This document shows, one piece after another, positions 35,209 through 44,039 of a stretch of DNA of 64,000 nucleotides. The position numbers were made by a program, and so were the translations under genes. Location of the stretch: contig JAYSEK010000024.1 in NCBI GenBank assembly GCA_041913905.1, forward strand, positions 2,862 through 66,861, in the 5' to 3' direction. Numbering within the stretch: the first letter of the stretch is position 1; every line of letters starts with the position of its first letter. The notes beneath the pieces are model-generated. The model saw nothing but the letters and a program-made list of their open reading frames with translations, was not told the DNA's origin and did not search any database. The stretch comes from Burkholderiaceae bacterium. Lineage in GTDB: Bacteria; Pseudomonadota; Gammaproteobacteria; Burkholderiales; Burkholderiaceae_C.

Positions 35209-36315
35209 TCAGATCACCTCCAGCTCGGCATTGAGCGCGCCGGCGGTCTTCATCGCTTGCAGGATTGCCAGCAGGTCCTGCGGCGTCGCGCCCAGCGCGC
35301 TGAGCGCCTTGACCACGTCCGAAAGCTTGGCGCTGGCGGGCAACTGGATCAAGGGGCCAGGCTCCTGGCGGATCGCGATATCGGTTTTTTCTGTCACCAC
35401 CGTCTGTCCGCCGGAGAGCGCGCTGGGCTGGCTGACCTGGGGCGTGCTGGTGATGGTGACCGACAGGCTGCCGTGGGCCACCGCGCAACTGCCGATGGTC
35501 ACCGCCTGGTTCATCACCACCGAGCCGGTGCGGGCGTTGATCACCACGCGGGCGGCGGGGGCCGACATCTCGATGGGCAGCTCTTCCAGATCGGCCAGGA
35601 AGGCCACACGCTCATCGCTGTCGGCGGGAGCCTTGACGCGCACCACGCGGCCGTCCAGGGCCTGGGCCACGCCGGCTCCCTTGGCCTTGTTGATGGCGCG
35701 CGCCACGGCGCGGGCGGTGGCGAAGTCGGCGGCATTCAGGTCCAGCTGGATCGCGTCGCCCAGGGCCAGGGGTGTGGGCACGGCGCGCTCCACGGTGGCG
35801 CCGCCGGGAATGCGACCGGCGCTGAGATGGTTGATCTGAACCTTGGCGCCGCCGGCCGAGGCACCGGCGCCACCGACGACGAGGTTGCCCTGGGCCATGG
35901 CGTAGATCTGGCCGTCGGCGCCGCGCAGGGGCGTGGCGATCAGCGTGCCGCCGCGCAGGCTCTTGGCATTGCCGATGGAGGACACGGCGATGTCCAGGGT
36001 CTGCCCGGGCTGGGCGAAGGGAAGCAGCTGGGCCGTCACCATCACCGCCGCGATATTGCGCGGCTGCATGGTCACGCCCTGCGGCAGGATGACGCCGAAC
36101 TGCTGCAGCATGGCCTGCAGGCTCTGGCCGGTGAAGGGGGCCTGGGTGGTCTGGTCGCCGGTGCCGTCCAGCCCCACGATCAGGCCGTAGCCGGTGAGGG
36201 CGTTGGAGCGCACGCCCTGGACGGCAGCCACTTCCTTGAGGCGCACCGCCTCGGCCGGAGCCGCCGCGAACAACAGGGCGGCAAGCAGGAATCGCAGGAC
36301 GGTGGTGGTGGACAT
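35209..36315 (-). CDS. flgI: Flagellar P-ring protein FlgI (368 aa)
   Basis: Signal peptide MSTTTVLRFLLAALLFAAAPAEA. Conserved RLKEVAAVQGVRSNALTGYGLIVGLDGTGD and C-terminus ILQAMKTAGALNAELEVI. Confidence 0.94.
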   Translation of the reverse strand: MSTTTVLRFLLAALLFAAAPAEAVRLKEVAAVQGVRSNALTGYGLIVGLDGTGDQTTQAPFTGQSLQAMLQQFGVILPQGVTMQPRNIAAVMVTAQLLPFAQPGQTLDIAVSSIGNAKSLRGGTLIATPLRGADGQIYAMAQGNLVVGGAGASAGGAKVQINHLSAGRIPGGATVERAVPTPLALGDAIQLDLNAADFATARAVARAINKAKGAGVAQALDGRVVRVKAPADSDERVAFLADLEELPIEMSAPAARVVINARTGSVVMNQAVTIGSCAVAHGSLSVTITSTPQVSQPSALSGGQTVVTEKTDIAIRQEPGPLIQLPASAKLSDVVKALSALGATPQDLLAILQAMKTAGALNAELEVI

Positions 36316-36318
36316 GAT

Positions 36319-36342
36319 GGTCGCAAGGGAAGCCTTGCGACC
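36319..36342 (-). promoter_or_regulatory. Perfect 10-bp stem-loop ending 3 nt upstream of the flgI start codon
   Basis: On the mRNA strand: GGTCGCAAGG-CTTC-CCTTGCGACC-ATC-ATG. The only purine-rich SD-like bases (AAGG) lie inside the stem. No U-tract follows. Confidence 0.5.
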
Positions 36343-36357
36343 GATTTTGCGAAAACT

Positions 36358-37038
36358 TTAGACCGGCGAAAGACTCAAAAAGAAACGCGACAGCCAGCCT
36401 ATTCCGTGGGCCTCGGCCGGTGCACCGCGGCCGCGCTGCTCGATGCGCACGTTGGCGATGGCCGTCGAGGGAATGGTGTTGCCCTGCTGGATGGCGCGCG
36501 GGTCCACCTGGCCCGAGAAGCGCAGCACGTCGACGTTCTGGTTCACCCCGATCTGCTTCTCCGCGATGATCAACAGGTGCCCGTTGGGCAGCACGGCCGT
36601 CACGATGGCCGTGACCGTGCCGGTGAATTCGTTGGTGTTCTGGTTGGCGCCCTTGCCGGCCGATTTGTTGGCCGAGGTGCCGCCCACCGACGCCCGCCCG
36701 AAGCTGTTGCTGCTGACGCCTGGCAGCGCGGTCAGGCTGCCGCTCAAATCCCCGCTCTTGGCCAGTTCGCTGGTGGACGACTGGCTGGCGCTGACCTTCT
36801 CGGCAATCTGCACCGTCAGCGTGTCGCCCACCAATCGTGCGCGATGGTCCTCGAAGAGCGGCCGGTAGCTGGCCGCCTGGTAGATGGCGCCGTTGAGCGC
36901 CGGCTGGGGCGCGACGGCGGGCAGCTGCACCACCGGGGTGTTCTGCATCTCGACCTGGGGCATTTTCAGCGTGCTGGCGCAGCCGCCCAGCAGGGCCAGC
37001 GTCGTCAGCAGGGGCAGGGCGGTGTAGGGCGCGCGCAT
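36358..37038 (-). CDS. flgH: Flagellar L-ring lipoprotein FlgH (226 aa)
   Basis: Lipobox LALLGGC. Conserved YRPLFEDHRARLVGDTLTV and VLPNGHLLIIAEKQIGVNQ. ATG at 37038 has GAGAGG upstream; the ORF-track start at 37065 is TTG. Confidence 0.92.
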   Translation of the reverse strand: MRAPYTALPLLTTLALLGGCASTLKMPQVEMQNTPVVQLPAVAPQPALNGAIYQAASYRPLFEDHRARLVGDTLTVQIAEKVSASQSSTSELAKSGDLSGSLTALPGVSSNSFGRASVGGTSANKSAGKGANQNTNEFTGTVTAIVTAVLPNGHLLIIAEKQIGVNQNVDVLRFSGQVDPRAIQQGNTIPSTAIANVRIEQRGRGAPAEAHGIGWLSRFFLSLSPV

Positions 37039-37062
37039 GGGGAACCTCTCAATCGCTGCGGT

Positions 37063-37090
37063 CAAGGCTCAGGGCTCAAGACTCAGGGCT
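37063..37090. repeat. 14-nt tandem duplication in the flgG-flgH spacer
   Basis: CAAGGCTCAGGGCT followed by CAAGACTCAGGGCT. The second copy abuts the flgG stop. Confidence 0.6.
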
Positions 37091-37872
37091 TAGATTTGCG
37101 CCAGCTTCTGCAGCATCTGGTCGGAGGTCTGCACGGCCTTGGAGTTCAGTTCATAGGCCCGCTGGGTCTGGATCATCTGCACGAGTTCCTCGACCACGTT
37201 GACGTTGGAGGTCTCCACGAAGCCCTGCTGGATGGCGCCCATGCCGTTGGCATTGGGTGCCCCCGCATTGGGCGTGCCGGAGGACGCGGTCTCGGCGAAG
37301 AGGTTCTGGCCCTTGGGCTCCAGACCGGCCGGATTCACGAAGTTGGCCAGCTGGATCTGCCCCAGGGTCTGCAGCTGGGTCTGGCCGGGCAAGGCCACGC
37401 TCACCGTCCCGTCCTGGCCGATCGTGACGCTCTGCGCATTGGCCGGCACCGTGATGCCCGGCATCACGGTGTAGCCGTTGTTGGTCACGATCTGGCCGTT
37501 GGCATCGAGCTGGAAGCCGCCATCGCGGGTGTAGGCCGTGGTGCCGTCGGGCATCTGGACCTGGAAGAAGCCGTTGCCCTTGATGGCCAGGTCGAAGTTG
37601 CCGGTCGTCTGCTGCAGGCTGCCCTGGCTGAAGTTGCGCGAGGTGGCCACGGTGCGCACGCCCAGGCCCAGCTGCAGACCGGTCGGGAGCTGGGTCTGCT
37701 CGGTGGTGTTGGCACCGCTTTGCCGCAGGTTCTGGTAGATCAGATCCTCGAACACCGCGTGGCTGCGCTTGAAGCCGTTGGTGCCCACGTTGGCCAGGTT
37801 GTGGGAGATGTTGTCCAGCTGCGTCTGCTGGGCCTCCATGCCGGTCTTGGCGATCCAGAGGGAGCGAATCAT
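37090..37872 (-). CDS. flgG: Distal rod protein FlgG (260 aa)
   Basis: [35 protein letters not shown]...[24 protein letters not shown]. Confidence 0.95.
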   Translation of the reverse strand: MIRSLWIAKTGMEAQQTQLDNISHNLANVGTNGFKRSHAVFEDLIYQNLRQSGANTTEQTQLPTGLQLGLGVRTVATSRNFSQGSLQQTTGNFDLAIKGNGFFQVQMPDGTTAYTRDGGFQLDANGQIVTNNGYTVMPGITVPANAQSVTIGQDGTVSVALPGQTQLQTLGQIQLANFVNPAGLEPKGQNLFAETASSGTPNAGAPNANGMGAIQQGFVETSNVNVVEELVQMIQTQRAYELNSKAVQTSDQMLQKLAQI

Positions 37873-37899
37873 GGCGGGGTCCTTCTCAAGCCGAACGCG

Positions 37900-38634
37900 T
37901 CAGCTGTTGCTGGACAGCAGCTTGGCGCTGGTCTGTCCCTGGGTCTGGGCAATCTGCAGCAGCTTCATCTGCTGCTCGAACTGGCGCGCGGCGGCGATCA
38001 TGCTGACCATGGTCTCGACGGCACTGACGTTGGATCCTTCCAGCGCCCCGTCCTGCAGGCGGGCGCTCTGGTCGGCGGGCAGGTCGCCGTTGGCGGCGCG
38101 GAACAGGCCGTCGGCGCCGCGGGTCAGCGGTGTCTCGGCGGTGGGCGTCACCAGCTTGAGCCGGCCGATGGCGGTGGGCTTGCCGGTGGCACCCTTGGCG
38201 GTGATGGTGCCGTCGCTGCCGATGCTGAGCTCGCTGTTGGGCGGCACGTTGATGGGGCCGCCGTCACCCAGCACCTGCAGGCCGTTGCGCAGCACCAGCA
38301 GGCCTTCGCTGCTGACGTCCAGCGAGCCGGCGCGCGTGTAAGCCTCGGTGCCGTCCAGGCCTTGCACGGCCAGCCAGGCGTTGTCACGCATGGCGACGTC
38401 CAGATTGCGGCCCGTGGCGCTGATCACGCCGGGATCGGGGTTGTAGCCGATGGTGGTTTCCAGCGCGTAGGCCCGCGTGCTGGCGCCGTCGCCGCGCACG
38501 GGCACGGCGCGAAACGCCGCCAGCTCGGCGCGGAAGCCGTTGGTGGAGACGTTGGCGAGGTTGTTGGCCAGCACGTCCTGGCGCTGCATGGCGGCCTTGG
38601 CGCCGGCCATTGACAGGTAGATCATGCGGTCCAT
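37900..38634 (-). CDS. flgF: Proximal rod protein FlgF (244 aa)
   Basis: MDRMIYLSMAGAKAAMQRQDVLANNLANVSTNGFR...SNVSAVETMVSMIAAARQFEQQMK. AGGAG lies 7 nt before the ATG at 38634. Confidence 0.93.
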   Translation of the reverse strand: MDRMIYLSMAGAKAAMQRQDVLANNLANVSTNGFRAELAAFRAVPVRGDGASTRAYALETTIGYNPDPGVISATGRNLDVAMRDNAWLAVQGLDGTEAYTRAGSLDVSSEGLLVLRNGLQVLGDGGPINVPPNSELSIGSDGTITAKGATGKPTAIGRLKLVTPTAETPLTRGADGLFRAANGDLPADQSARLQDGALEGSNVSAVETMVSMIAAARQFEQQMKLLQIAQTQGQTSAKLLSSNS

Positions 38635-38713
38635 GGCGAGGCTCCTGGTTCGGCACACGCGGCCCCGGCGTCTTCCGGCGCGGGCGTGTGCGAAGCGCGT
38701 CGGGCGTGGTTCA

Positions 38714-40045
38714 TCACCTCAGGTTGACGAGGGTCTGCAGCACCTGGTCCAGCGTCTTGATGCTCTGCGCATTGGCCTGGTAGACGCGCTGCGCCGTCAC
38801 CATATTGACCAGCTCGGCGGTCATGTCCACGTTGGATTCTTCCAGGGCGCCGGACTGCAGCACGCCCATATTGCCGTCACCGGGCACGCCGACCACGGCG
38901 TCGCCCGAGGCAAAGGTGCGGGCCCAGACATTGCCGCCCAGCGGCTGCAGGCCCTGCGTGTTGCGGAAGGTGGCCAGCTCCACCTGGCCGGCCGGCTTGG
39001 ACTGGCCGTTGGAGTAGCGGGCCATGATGATGCCCGACTTGTCGATCTGGATCCCGGACAGCTGACCCGGCGCATAGCCGTCCTGCTTGACGTCGGTGAC
39101 GGCGAAGCTGGACCCGCCTTCCGACGACTTCAGGATGTTGAGCTTGATGCCGTTGATGGGCAGGGTGGTCGCGCCGGCCGCATTCGTCGAGACGGGGAGG
39201 TCCATGTTGATCTCCGCCGTCGGGCTCAGGGGCTTGGAGCCGTCGTAGGCCGAGAACACCAGCGTGGTGTACGGCGCGGTGGGGTTGCCGTCGGCGTCCA
39301 CGGGAGTGGGCGTGCCGGCAGAGTCCACTTCCAGCGGCTTGCCGTTGCCCGTGGCGTAGATGTTCCAGGTCGTGGTCGAACTCGGATCGGGCGGCGGCGG
39401 CGTGGGGTCGCTCTTCTGGAAGTAGAAGGTCAGCGCCACGGCCTGGCCCTTGGCGTCGTAGACGGTCATGGAGGTGGCGTTGTTGTAGGTCGCCGGGTCG
39501 GTGAGCTTCATGCCGACGCCGGTGCCGCCCGGCGCGGTGGTCTTGGCGCGTGAATCCAGGTTGAATTCCATTGAGACCGTCTTGGTGACCTGGGGTGTGA
39601 TGCCGGCAGTGGGCAGCTGCAGGGCCTGGGCCAGGCCTGGCTGGATCACGCCCGAGTTGTTGGCCGGGTAGCCCAGCAGCTTCAGGCCCTGGTTGTTGAC
39701 GATGAAGCCCTCGCGGCTGACCTTGAACTGGCCGTTGCGGGAGTACATGACGGGGTTCTTGTCGTCACTGACCTGGAAGAAGCCAGCGCCATTGATGGCC
39801 ATGTCCATCGGGTTCTCGGTGGTGCTGATGCTGCCCTGCGTGAACTGTTGAGAGACTGAGGCCAGGCTGGTGCCGATGCCCACCGGGTTCTGGCCTGCAC
39901 CGTTGAGTGCGCCGGCGAAGACGTCGGCGAATTCGGCGCGCGAGGCCTTGACGCCGAAAGTGTTGGCGTTGGCGATGTTGTTCCCGATCACCTCGAGGTT
40001 CTTGCTGGCGGCGTTGAGGCCGGAGAGACCTTGCTGGAAGCCCAT
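38714..40045 (-). CDS. flgE: Flagellar hook protein FlgE (443 aa)
   Basis: MGFQQGLSGLNAASKNLEVIGNNIANANTFGVK...SNVDMTAELVNMVTAQRVYQANAQSIKT. Confidence 0.94.
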   Translation of the reverse strand: MGFQQGLSGLNAASKNLEVIGNNIANANTFGVKASRAEFADVFAGALNGAGQNPVGIGTSLASVSQQFTQGSISTTENPMDMAINGAGFFQVSDDKNPVMYSRNGQFKVSREGFIVNNQGLKLLGYPANNSGVIQPGLAQALQLPTAGITPQVTKTVSMEFNLDSRAKTTAPGGTGVGMKLTDPATYNNATSMTVYDAKGQAVALTFYFQKSDPTPPPPDPSSTTTWNIYATGNGKPLEVDSAGTPTPVDADGNPTAPYTTLVFSAYDGSKPLSPTAEINMDLPVSTNAAGATTLPINGIKLNILKSSEGGSSFAVTDVKQDGYAPGQLSGIQIDKSGIIMARYSNGQSKPAGQVELATFRNTQGLQPLGGNVWARTFASGDAVVGVPGDGNMGVLQSGALEESNVDMTAELVNMVTAQRVYQANAQSIKTLDQVLQTLVNLR

Positions 40046-40079
40046 GATGTGTCCTTCGAAAGAGAGTGGATCGAGAGGG

Positions 40080-40745
40080 TCAGTCGACCCGCTTCACGCT
40101 GCTGTAATCGACCATGCCGACGGTCTGGAGCTGCAACTGGAGCTTGCTTCCGTCGGTGTTGACGGCCACGACCTTGTCGTGCGCATAGGTGGTGCTGCTG
40201 AGCACGGCGGCGCCCTTGCTGGCGGTGATGCGGAATGAATAAGCGCCTGACTTCGCGTCTACCTTGTCCGAGCTCCAGTCGAAGTCATGGACGCCGGCGC
40301 CCTGTGCGCCCAACTGCACGGTGTCGACCACCATGCCCGAAGGCGCCAACACCTCCAGCTTGACGGCATCGGCCGGACTGCTGATCTCGAAAGAGCCCTG
40401 GGACTTGGCGCTGGCGGCATCCCAGCTCAGCCGGTTGCCGGGCACCAGCACCTCGTGCCCGACCAGGCTGACGCTTTGCAGCGCCTGCATCTGGCCGAAC
40501 TGCGAGCCCAGCGTCTTGATGCTGTCGTTGAGGTTGCTGATGCCGGTGACGGTCTGGATCTGCGCCATCTGGGAGGTGACCTGGGCGTTGTCCATGGGAT
40601 TCATGGGATCCTGGTTCTTCATCTGCGCGACCAGCAGCTTGAGGAAGCGGTCCTGCGTGTCCTGGGCCTGCTTGGCAGCGCTGGGCGTGGCGTCCGCGCT
40701 GCTGTTGGTCACCTTGCTGTTGCCGAGTACGGTGCTGTAGTCCAT
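40080..40745 (-). CDS. flgD: Hook capping/scaffold protein FlgD (221 aa)
   Basis: FLKLLVAQMKNQDPMNPMDNAQVTSQMAQI, plus a FlgD Ig-like C-terminal half. Position between flgC and flgE. Confidence 0.92.
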   Translation of the reverse strand: MDYSTVLGNSKVTNSSADATPSAAKQAQDTQDRFLKLLVAQMKNQDPMNPMDNAQVTSQMAQIQTVTGISNLNDSIKTLGSQFGQMQALQSVSLVGHEVLVPGNRLSWDAASAKSQGSFEISSPADAVKLEVLAPSGMVVDTVQLGAQGAGVHDFDWSSDKVDAKSGAYSFRITASKGAAVLSSTTYAHDKVVAVNTDGSKLQLQLQTVGMVDYSSVKRVD

Positions 40746-40762
40746 GGATGGCCTCTCTCAGG

Positions 40763-41179
40763 TCAGGACTGGCCCAACTGCAGGGTCTTGAGCAGCAGGT
40801 TCTTGGCCGTGCTCATGACCTCGATGTTGTTCTGGTAGGAGCGCGAGGCCGAGATCATGTTGACCATCTCCTCCACGCTGTTGACGTTGCTGTAGGTCAC
40901 ATAGCCCTCGGCGTCAGCTTGCGGATGCTTGGGGTCGTGCACCCGGCGGCCCTGGGTCGGATCCTCGGTGATCTGTGCGACTCGCACGCCAGCGGCGCCC
41001 GGATCCTGGCCCGCACCCATCAGCTGCGTCTGGAAGACCACCTGGCGTGCCTTGTAGGCCTGGCCGTCCGGGCCTGCCACGGTGTCGGCGTTGGCCAGGT
41101 TGCTGGCGACCACGTTGAGACGCTGGCTCTGCGCACTGACGGCGCTGCCCGCGACGTTGAAGATCTGGAACATGGACAT
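40763..41179 (-). CDS. flgC: Proximal rod protein FlgC (138 aa)
   Basis: [33 protein letters not shown]...[34 protein letters not shown]. Confidence 0.95.
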   Translation of the reverse strand: MSMFQIFNVAGSAVSAQSQRLNVVASNLANADTVAGPDGQAYKARQVVFQTQLMGAGQDPGAAGVRVAQITEDPTQGRRVHDPKHPQADAEGYVTYSNVNSVEEMVNMISASRSYQNNIEVMSTAKNLLLKTLQLGQS

Positions 41180-41225
41180 GGAAGCCTCCTGCTGCGTCTG
41201 TGGATTCCGTCAGCGTCCGTCGCCG

Positions 41226-41639
41226 TCAGGCGGCGTTGTGCGACTTCATCGCATCCAGGGTGGTGCGCACGCTGGCGTTGACGAAGCGCAGCGTGGCCTC
41301 GTACTTCACGGTGTTGTCGACGAAGCTGGCGCGTTCGCGGTCCATGTCCACCGTGTTGCTGTCGAGATTGGTCTGGGAGGCCATCGCGTAGTCGCGGCCG
41401 GACGGGCTCAGTGCGCCGGCCAAAGGGGCCAGGTGGCGGCTTTGCGTGAGCTGCAGGGCGCCCGGTGTGGCCCGCTCGCCGGTGGCTTCCTTCAGGGCGC
41501 GGCTGAAGTCGAAGTCCCGGGCCTGGTAGCCCGGCGTGTCCGCATTGGCGATATTGCTGGCCAGCTGCTGCTGACGCTCCGCCCGCAGCACCAGGGCCTG
41601 GGTCTGGAAGTTCAGCGAGTCGGTAAGGCGGTTGATCAT
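41226..41639 (-). CDS. flgB: Proximal rod protein FlgB (137 aa)
   Basis: MINRLTDSLNFQTQALVLRAERQQQLASNIANADTPGYQARD. AAGGAG lies before the ATG at 41639; the ORF track extends further upstream. Confidence 0.92.
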   Translation of the reverse strand: MINRLTDSLNFQTQALVLRAERQQQLASNIANADTPGYQARDFDFSRALKEATGERATPGALQLTQSRHLAPLAGALSPSGRDYAMASQTNLDSNTVDMDRERASFVDNTVKYEATLRFVNASVRTTLDAMKSHNAA

Positions 41640-41829
41640 GAGGCGCTCCTTGCCGGGGCCGGGTATCGCGGGCTTGCACTGCTGTTGCTGCAGCCCCTGT
41701 TCGACGCCATGGCACGGGATGTGGGCATTGTTGGGCGGCTGCTCGCAAAACATGAGCGGGAAAAGCATGCGCTTTGCTGCTCATTTCGGCGCTAAAGCCG
41801 CGCTGGGCGGGCCTAAAGTCCAGGCCATC

Positions 41830-42561
41830 ATGTGCAATCGGCCTCTGCTCCAGCAAAGCGCCGCCCGAGGGCTGGTGGTGCTGCTGCTTGGCCTGCTTGG
41901 CGTGCCGTGGGCATGGGCGCAGGGGCTTGAGCCCTGGCGCGAGGCGCTGCAGCAGACGGCCCTGAGTGCCGTCAACCGGATGAACCAAGGCCTGGGCGCC
42001 TCTGCCCGCGTGATGGTGGAGCTGGGGCAGGCCGATCCGCGCCTGCGCCTGGCGCCCTGCCAGCGCGCTGAGCCCTATCTGCTGCCCGGCATGCGGCTGT
42101 GGGGGCGCTCCCGCATCGGCCTGCGCTGCGTGGATGGGCCCAGCCGCTGGAATGTGTCGCTGCCGCTGACGGTGCATGTCTTCGCGCCCGCCCTCGTGGC
42201 AGCCGGCCCGCTGGATGCCGGCACCGCCTTGTCGGCCGAGCACCTGCGGCTGGCGGAGGTCGACCTGGCCGCCGAACCGGGCGCTGTGTTCACGGAGACC
42301 GCCAGCCTGCTGGGGCGCAGCCTGGCCCGGCCGGTGCAGGCGGGCGAGGCGCTGCGTGCCGGCAGCCTGAAGCAGCGCCAGTGGTTTGCCGCCGGTACCC
42401 AGGTCAAGGTGCTGGCGCGCGGCGAGGGCTTTGCCGTCGCCGGCGAGGGTCAGGCGCTGGGTCAGGGCGTCGAAGGCCAGGAGGTGCGCGTTCGCTTCGA
42501 GAATGGCCGCACCGTGACCGGCCGTGCCGTGGGCGAACGAGAAGTGGAGGTCCTGCTGTGA
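41830..42561 (+). CDS. flgA: P-ring assembly chaperone FlgA (243 aa)
   Basis: Divergent from flgB. Signal peptide GLVVLLLGLLGVPWAWAQ. C-terminal SAF/FlgA domain (AGEALRAGSLKQRQWFAAGTQVKVL...GQEVRVRFENGRTVTGRAV). The start is uncertain (alternative ATG at 41767). Confidence 0.8.
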   Translation: MCNRPLLQQSAARGLVVLLLGLLGVPWAWAQGLEPWREALQQTALSAVNRMNQGLGASARVMVELGQADPRLRLAPCQRAEPYLLPGMRLWGRSRIGLRCVDGPSRWNVSLPLTVHVFAPALVAAGPLDAGTALSAEHLRLAEVDLAAEPGAVFTETASLLGRSLARPVQAGEALRAGSLKQRQWFAAGTQVKVLARGEGFAVAGEGQALGQGVEGQEVRVRFENGRTVTGRAVGEREVEVLL

Positions 42562-42631
42562 ACGATGCAGCATGGCGGACGCTCTTGTCCCCACCATGGC
42601 GGCCCCCAGCTGTTATGGTTGAGGAAATGCC

Positions 42632-42658
42632 TCAAGTCCGGCCCGGCCCGGCCGATAC
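42632..42658 (+). promoter_or_regulatory. Sigma-28-type promoter for flgMN
   Basis: TCAAG (42632-42636), 14 nt, GCCGATAC (42651-42658), ~50 nt upstream of the flgM ATG. Confidence 0.65.
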
Positions 42659-42706
42659 ACCGTCCAACAGGCTGGGCGGTTGCAAGCTCAGTCCTTGGAG
42701 ATCATC

Positions 42707-43030
42707 ATGAAAATCGGTCAAAACGCTGACAAGCTCGCCGCTGGACTTGGCGTCGAGCGCCCGGCGACGACGGATGCCGGTCGCAAAAAGGACGCATCCG
42801 AGGCCGGCAGCGTGAAAAATGCCCCGGAAGCCAGTGCCAAGCTGGCCCTGTCCAGCACGGCCAGCACTATGTTGCAAGGTGTGCCGGATGAGGGTAGCTT
42901 CGATGCCGAGAAGGTGCAGCGCATTTCCCAGGCCATCAGCGAAGGCAAGTTCAGCATCAATGCCGATGCCATCGCCGACAAGCTGATTGCCAATGCCCGG
43001 GAAATGGTTGGCCGCGTCGGTGCGCACTGA
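42707..43030 (+). CDS. flgM: Anti-sigma-28 factor FlgM (107 aa)
   Basis: Small, Ala/Ser-rich and likely disordered protein. Conserved C-terminus FDAEKVQRISQAISEGKFSINADAIADKLI. GGAG RBS. Position after flgA. Confidence 0.88.
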   Translation: MKIGQNADKLAAGLGVERPATTDAGRKKDASEAGSVKNAPEASAKLALSSTASTMLQGVPDEGSFDAEKVQRISQAISEGKFSINADAIADKLIANAREMVGRVGAH

Positions 43031-43085
43031 GTTGCCGCTTGCCGGTTCGTCTTTTCTTCAACATCGCCCACAGGCGGGTCCAGCC

Positions 43086-43487
43086 ATGCAAGCCTTGCCT
43101 CCCAACGAGAACACCGAAGCGCTCAGCCAGGATCTGGAACGGCCGCTGATCGAAGTCGAGAACTGCCTGAATCTGCTGGGTGATGCGCTGGTGCGCCGCG
43201 ACAGCCAGGCGATCGAGACCCATGCAGCCGCCTTGCACCAGGCCCTGGCGCAGGCCATGGCCAGCTTCATGGAAGCGGCCCGCAACGGCCAGGTGCCGCC
43301 GCAGCTGCGCAATCGTCTGGTGCAGGCTGGCGGCCGTGTGGCCGCGCAGCGCGAGTCCCTGAACCGCGCTTCGGCCGCGCTGGACCGCGCACTGGATGTG
43401 CTGATTCCGCCGGAACCGAGCGGCGTCTACGGCGCCAGCGGCAAGAGCGAGCGCAAGAGCAGCCTGGGCGGCTCCGTCCAGGCCTGA
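43086..43487 (+). CDS. flgN: FlgN-like export chaperone (133 aa)
   Basis: Helical ~130-aa protein immediately after flgM (canonical flgMN synteny). Sequence motifs are weak, so the call rests mostly on position and size. Confidence 0.6.
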   Translation: MQALPPNENTEALSQDLERPLIEVENCLNLLGDALVRRDSQAIETHAAALHQALAQAMASFMEAARNGQVPPQLRNRLVQAGGRVAAQRESLNRASAALDRALDVLIPPEPSGVYGASGKSERKSSLGGSVQA

Positions 43488-43504
43488 GTCCCCGCTGAAG
43501 CAGC

Positions 43505-43530
43505 AAAGCCACGCACTGCGTGGCTTTTTG
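43505..43530. terminator. Bidirectional rho-independent terminator between flgN and the DUF1841 gene
   Basis: AAAGCCACGC-act-GCGTGGCTTTTT: an 8-bp stem flanked by an A-run and a T-run. Confidence 0.8.
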
Positions 43531-43562
43531 CATTTCAGGGCCTGGCGCGAGCGCCTTCGCCC

Positions 43563-43994
43563 CTACTGGGTGGCTTTGTGCCGCAGGGCTTCCAGATAGG
43601 CATGCCCGTCCGGTGGACGGCCGCTGCGCTGGGATTCCCAGATCATGGTTCCCAGGCACTCCATGGCCACGTGGTGAGCTTCGTGCAGGGATTGGCGCCG
43701 AGCGGCCAGCAGGTCCAGCGCCTGGCGCACGCCCCGAGGCTGGTCGATGGAATGCTGCTCGCTGATGCTCAGGTGCATGGACAGGTGCAGGAAGGGATTG
43801 GTGCGCCCCTCTTCGACGGTGTAGACCGCCTGGACGGCATGTTCCTCGTCCGCCAGCTCGGCGTGGTACTCGGGATGCTGCTCGATCCACTGGGCCGCCA
43901 GCGTCTCCATGGGCGTCAAGGGCAGGCGGTCCCGCCACTTGGCGTAGGTGCTGCAGAAGAAACGGCGGACTTCGATCTGGGACGGGGCAAACAT
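43563..43994 (-). CDS. DUF1841-family protein (143 aa)
   Basis: RRFFCSTYAKWR...NPFLHLSMHLSISEQHSIDQPRGV...AHHVAMECLGTMIWESQR, recognised as the DUF1841 pattern. Family name is from memory and not searched. Confidence 0.7.
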   Translation of the reverse strand: MFAPSQIEVRRFFCSTYAKWRDRLPLTPMETLAAQWIEQHPEYHAELADEEHAVQAVYTVEEGRTNPFLHLSMHLSISEQHSIDQPRGVRQALDLLAARRQSLHEAHHVAMECLGTMIWESQRSGRPPDGHAYLEALRHKATQ

Positions 43995-44039
43995 GCCGCC
44001 ATTGTCGCCTGCCCGGTGCCGGCTGTCCCTTCGGCGCCC

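Noticed and set aside
31203-38613. Two giant plus-strand ORFs (1020 aa at 31203-34265 and 1514 aa at 34069-38613)
   Set aside because: They are antisense mirror ORFs of flgL-flgK and flgJ-flgF. Their composition is dominated by Gly/Ala/Arg/His/Gln/Val, typical of the reverse frame of high-GC genes. They carry no recognisable motifs, while the opposite strand encodes textbook flagellar proteins.
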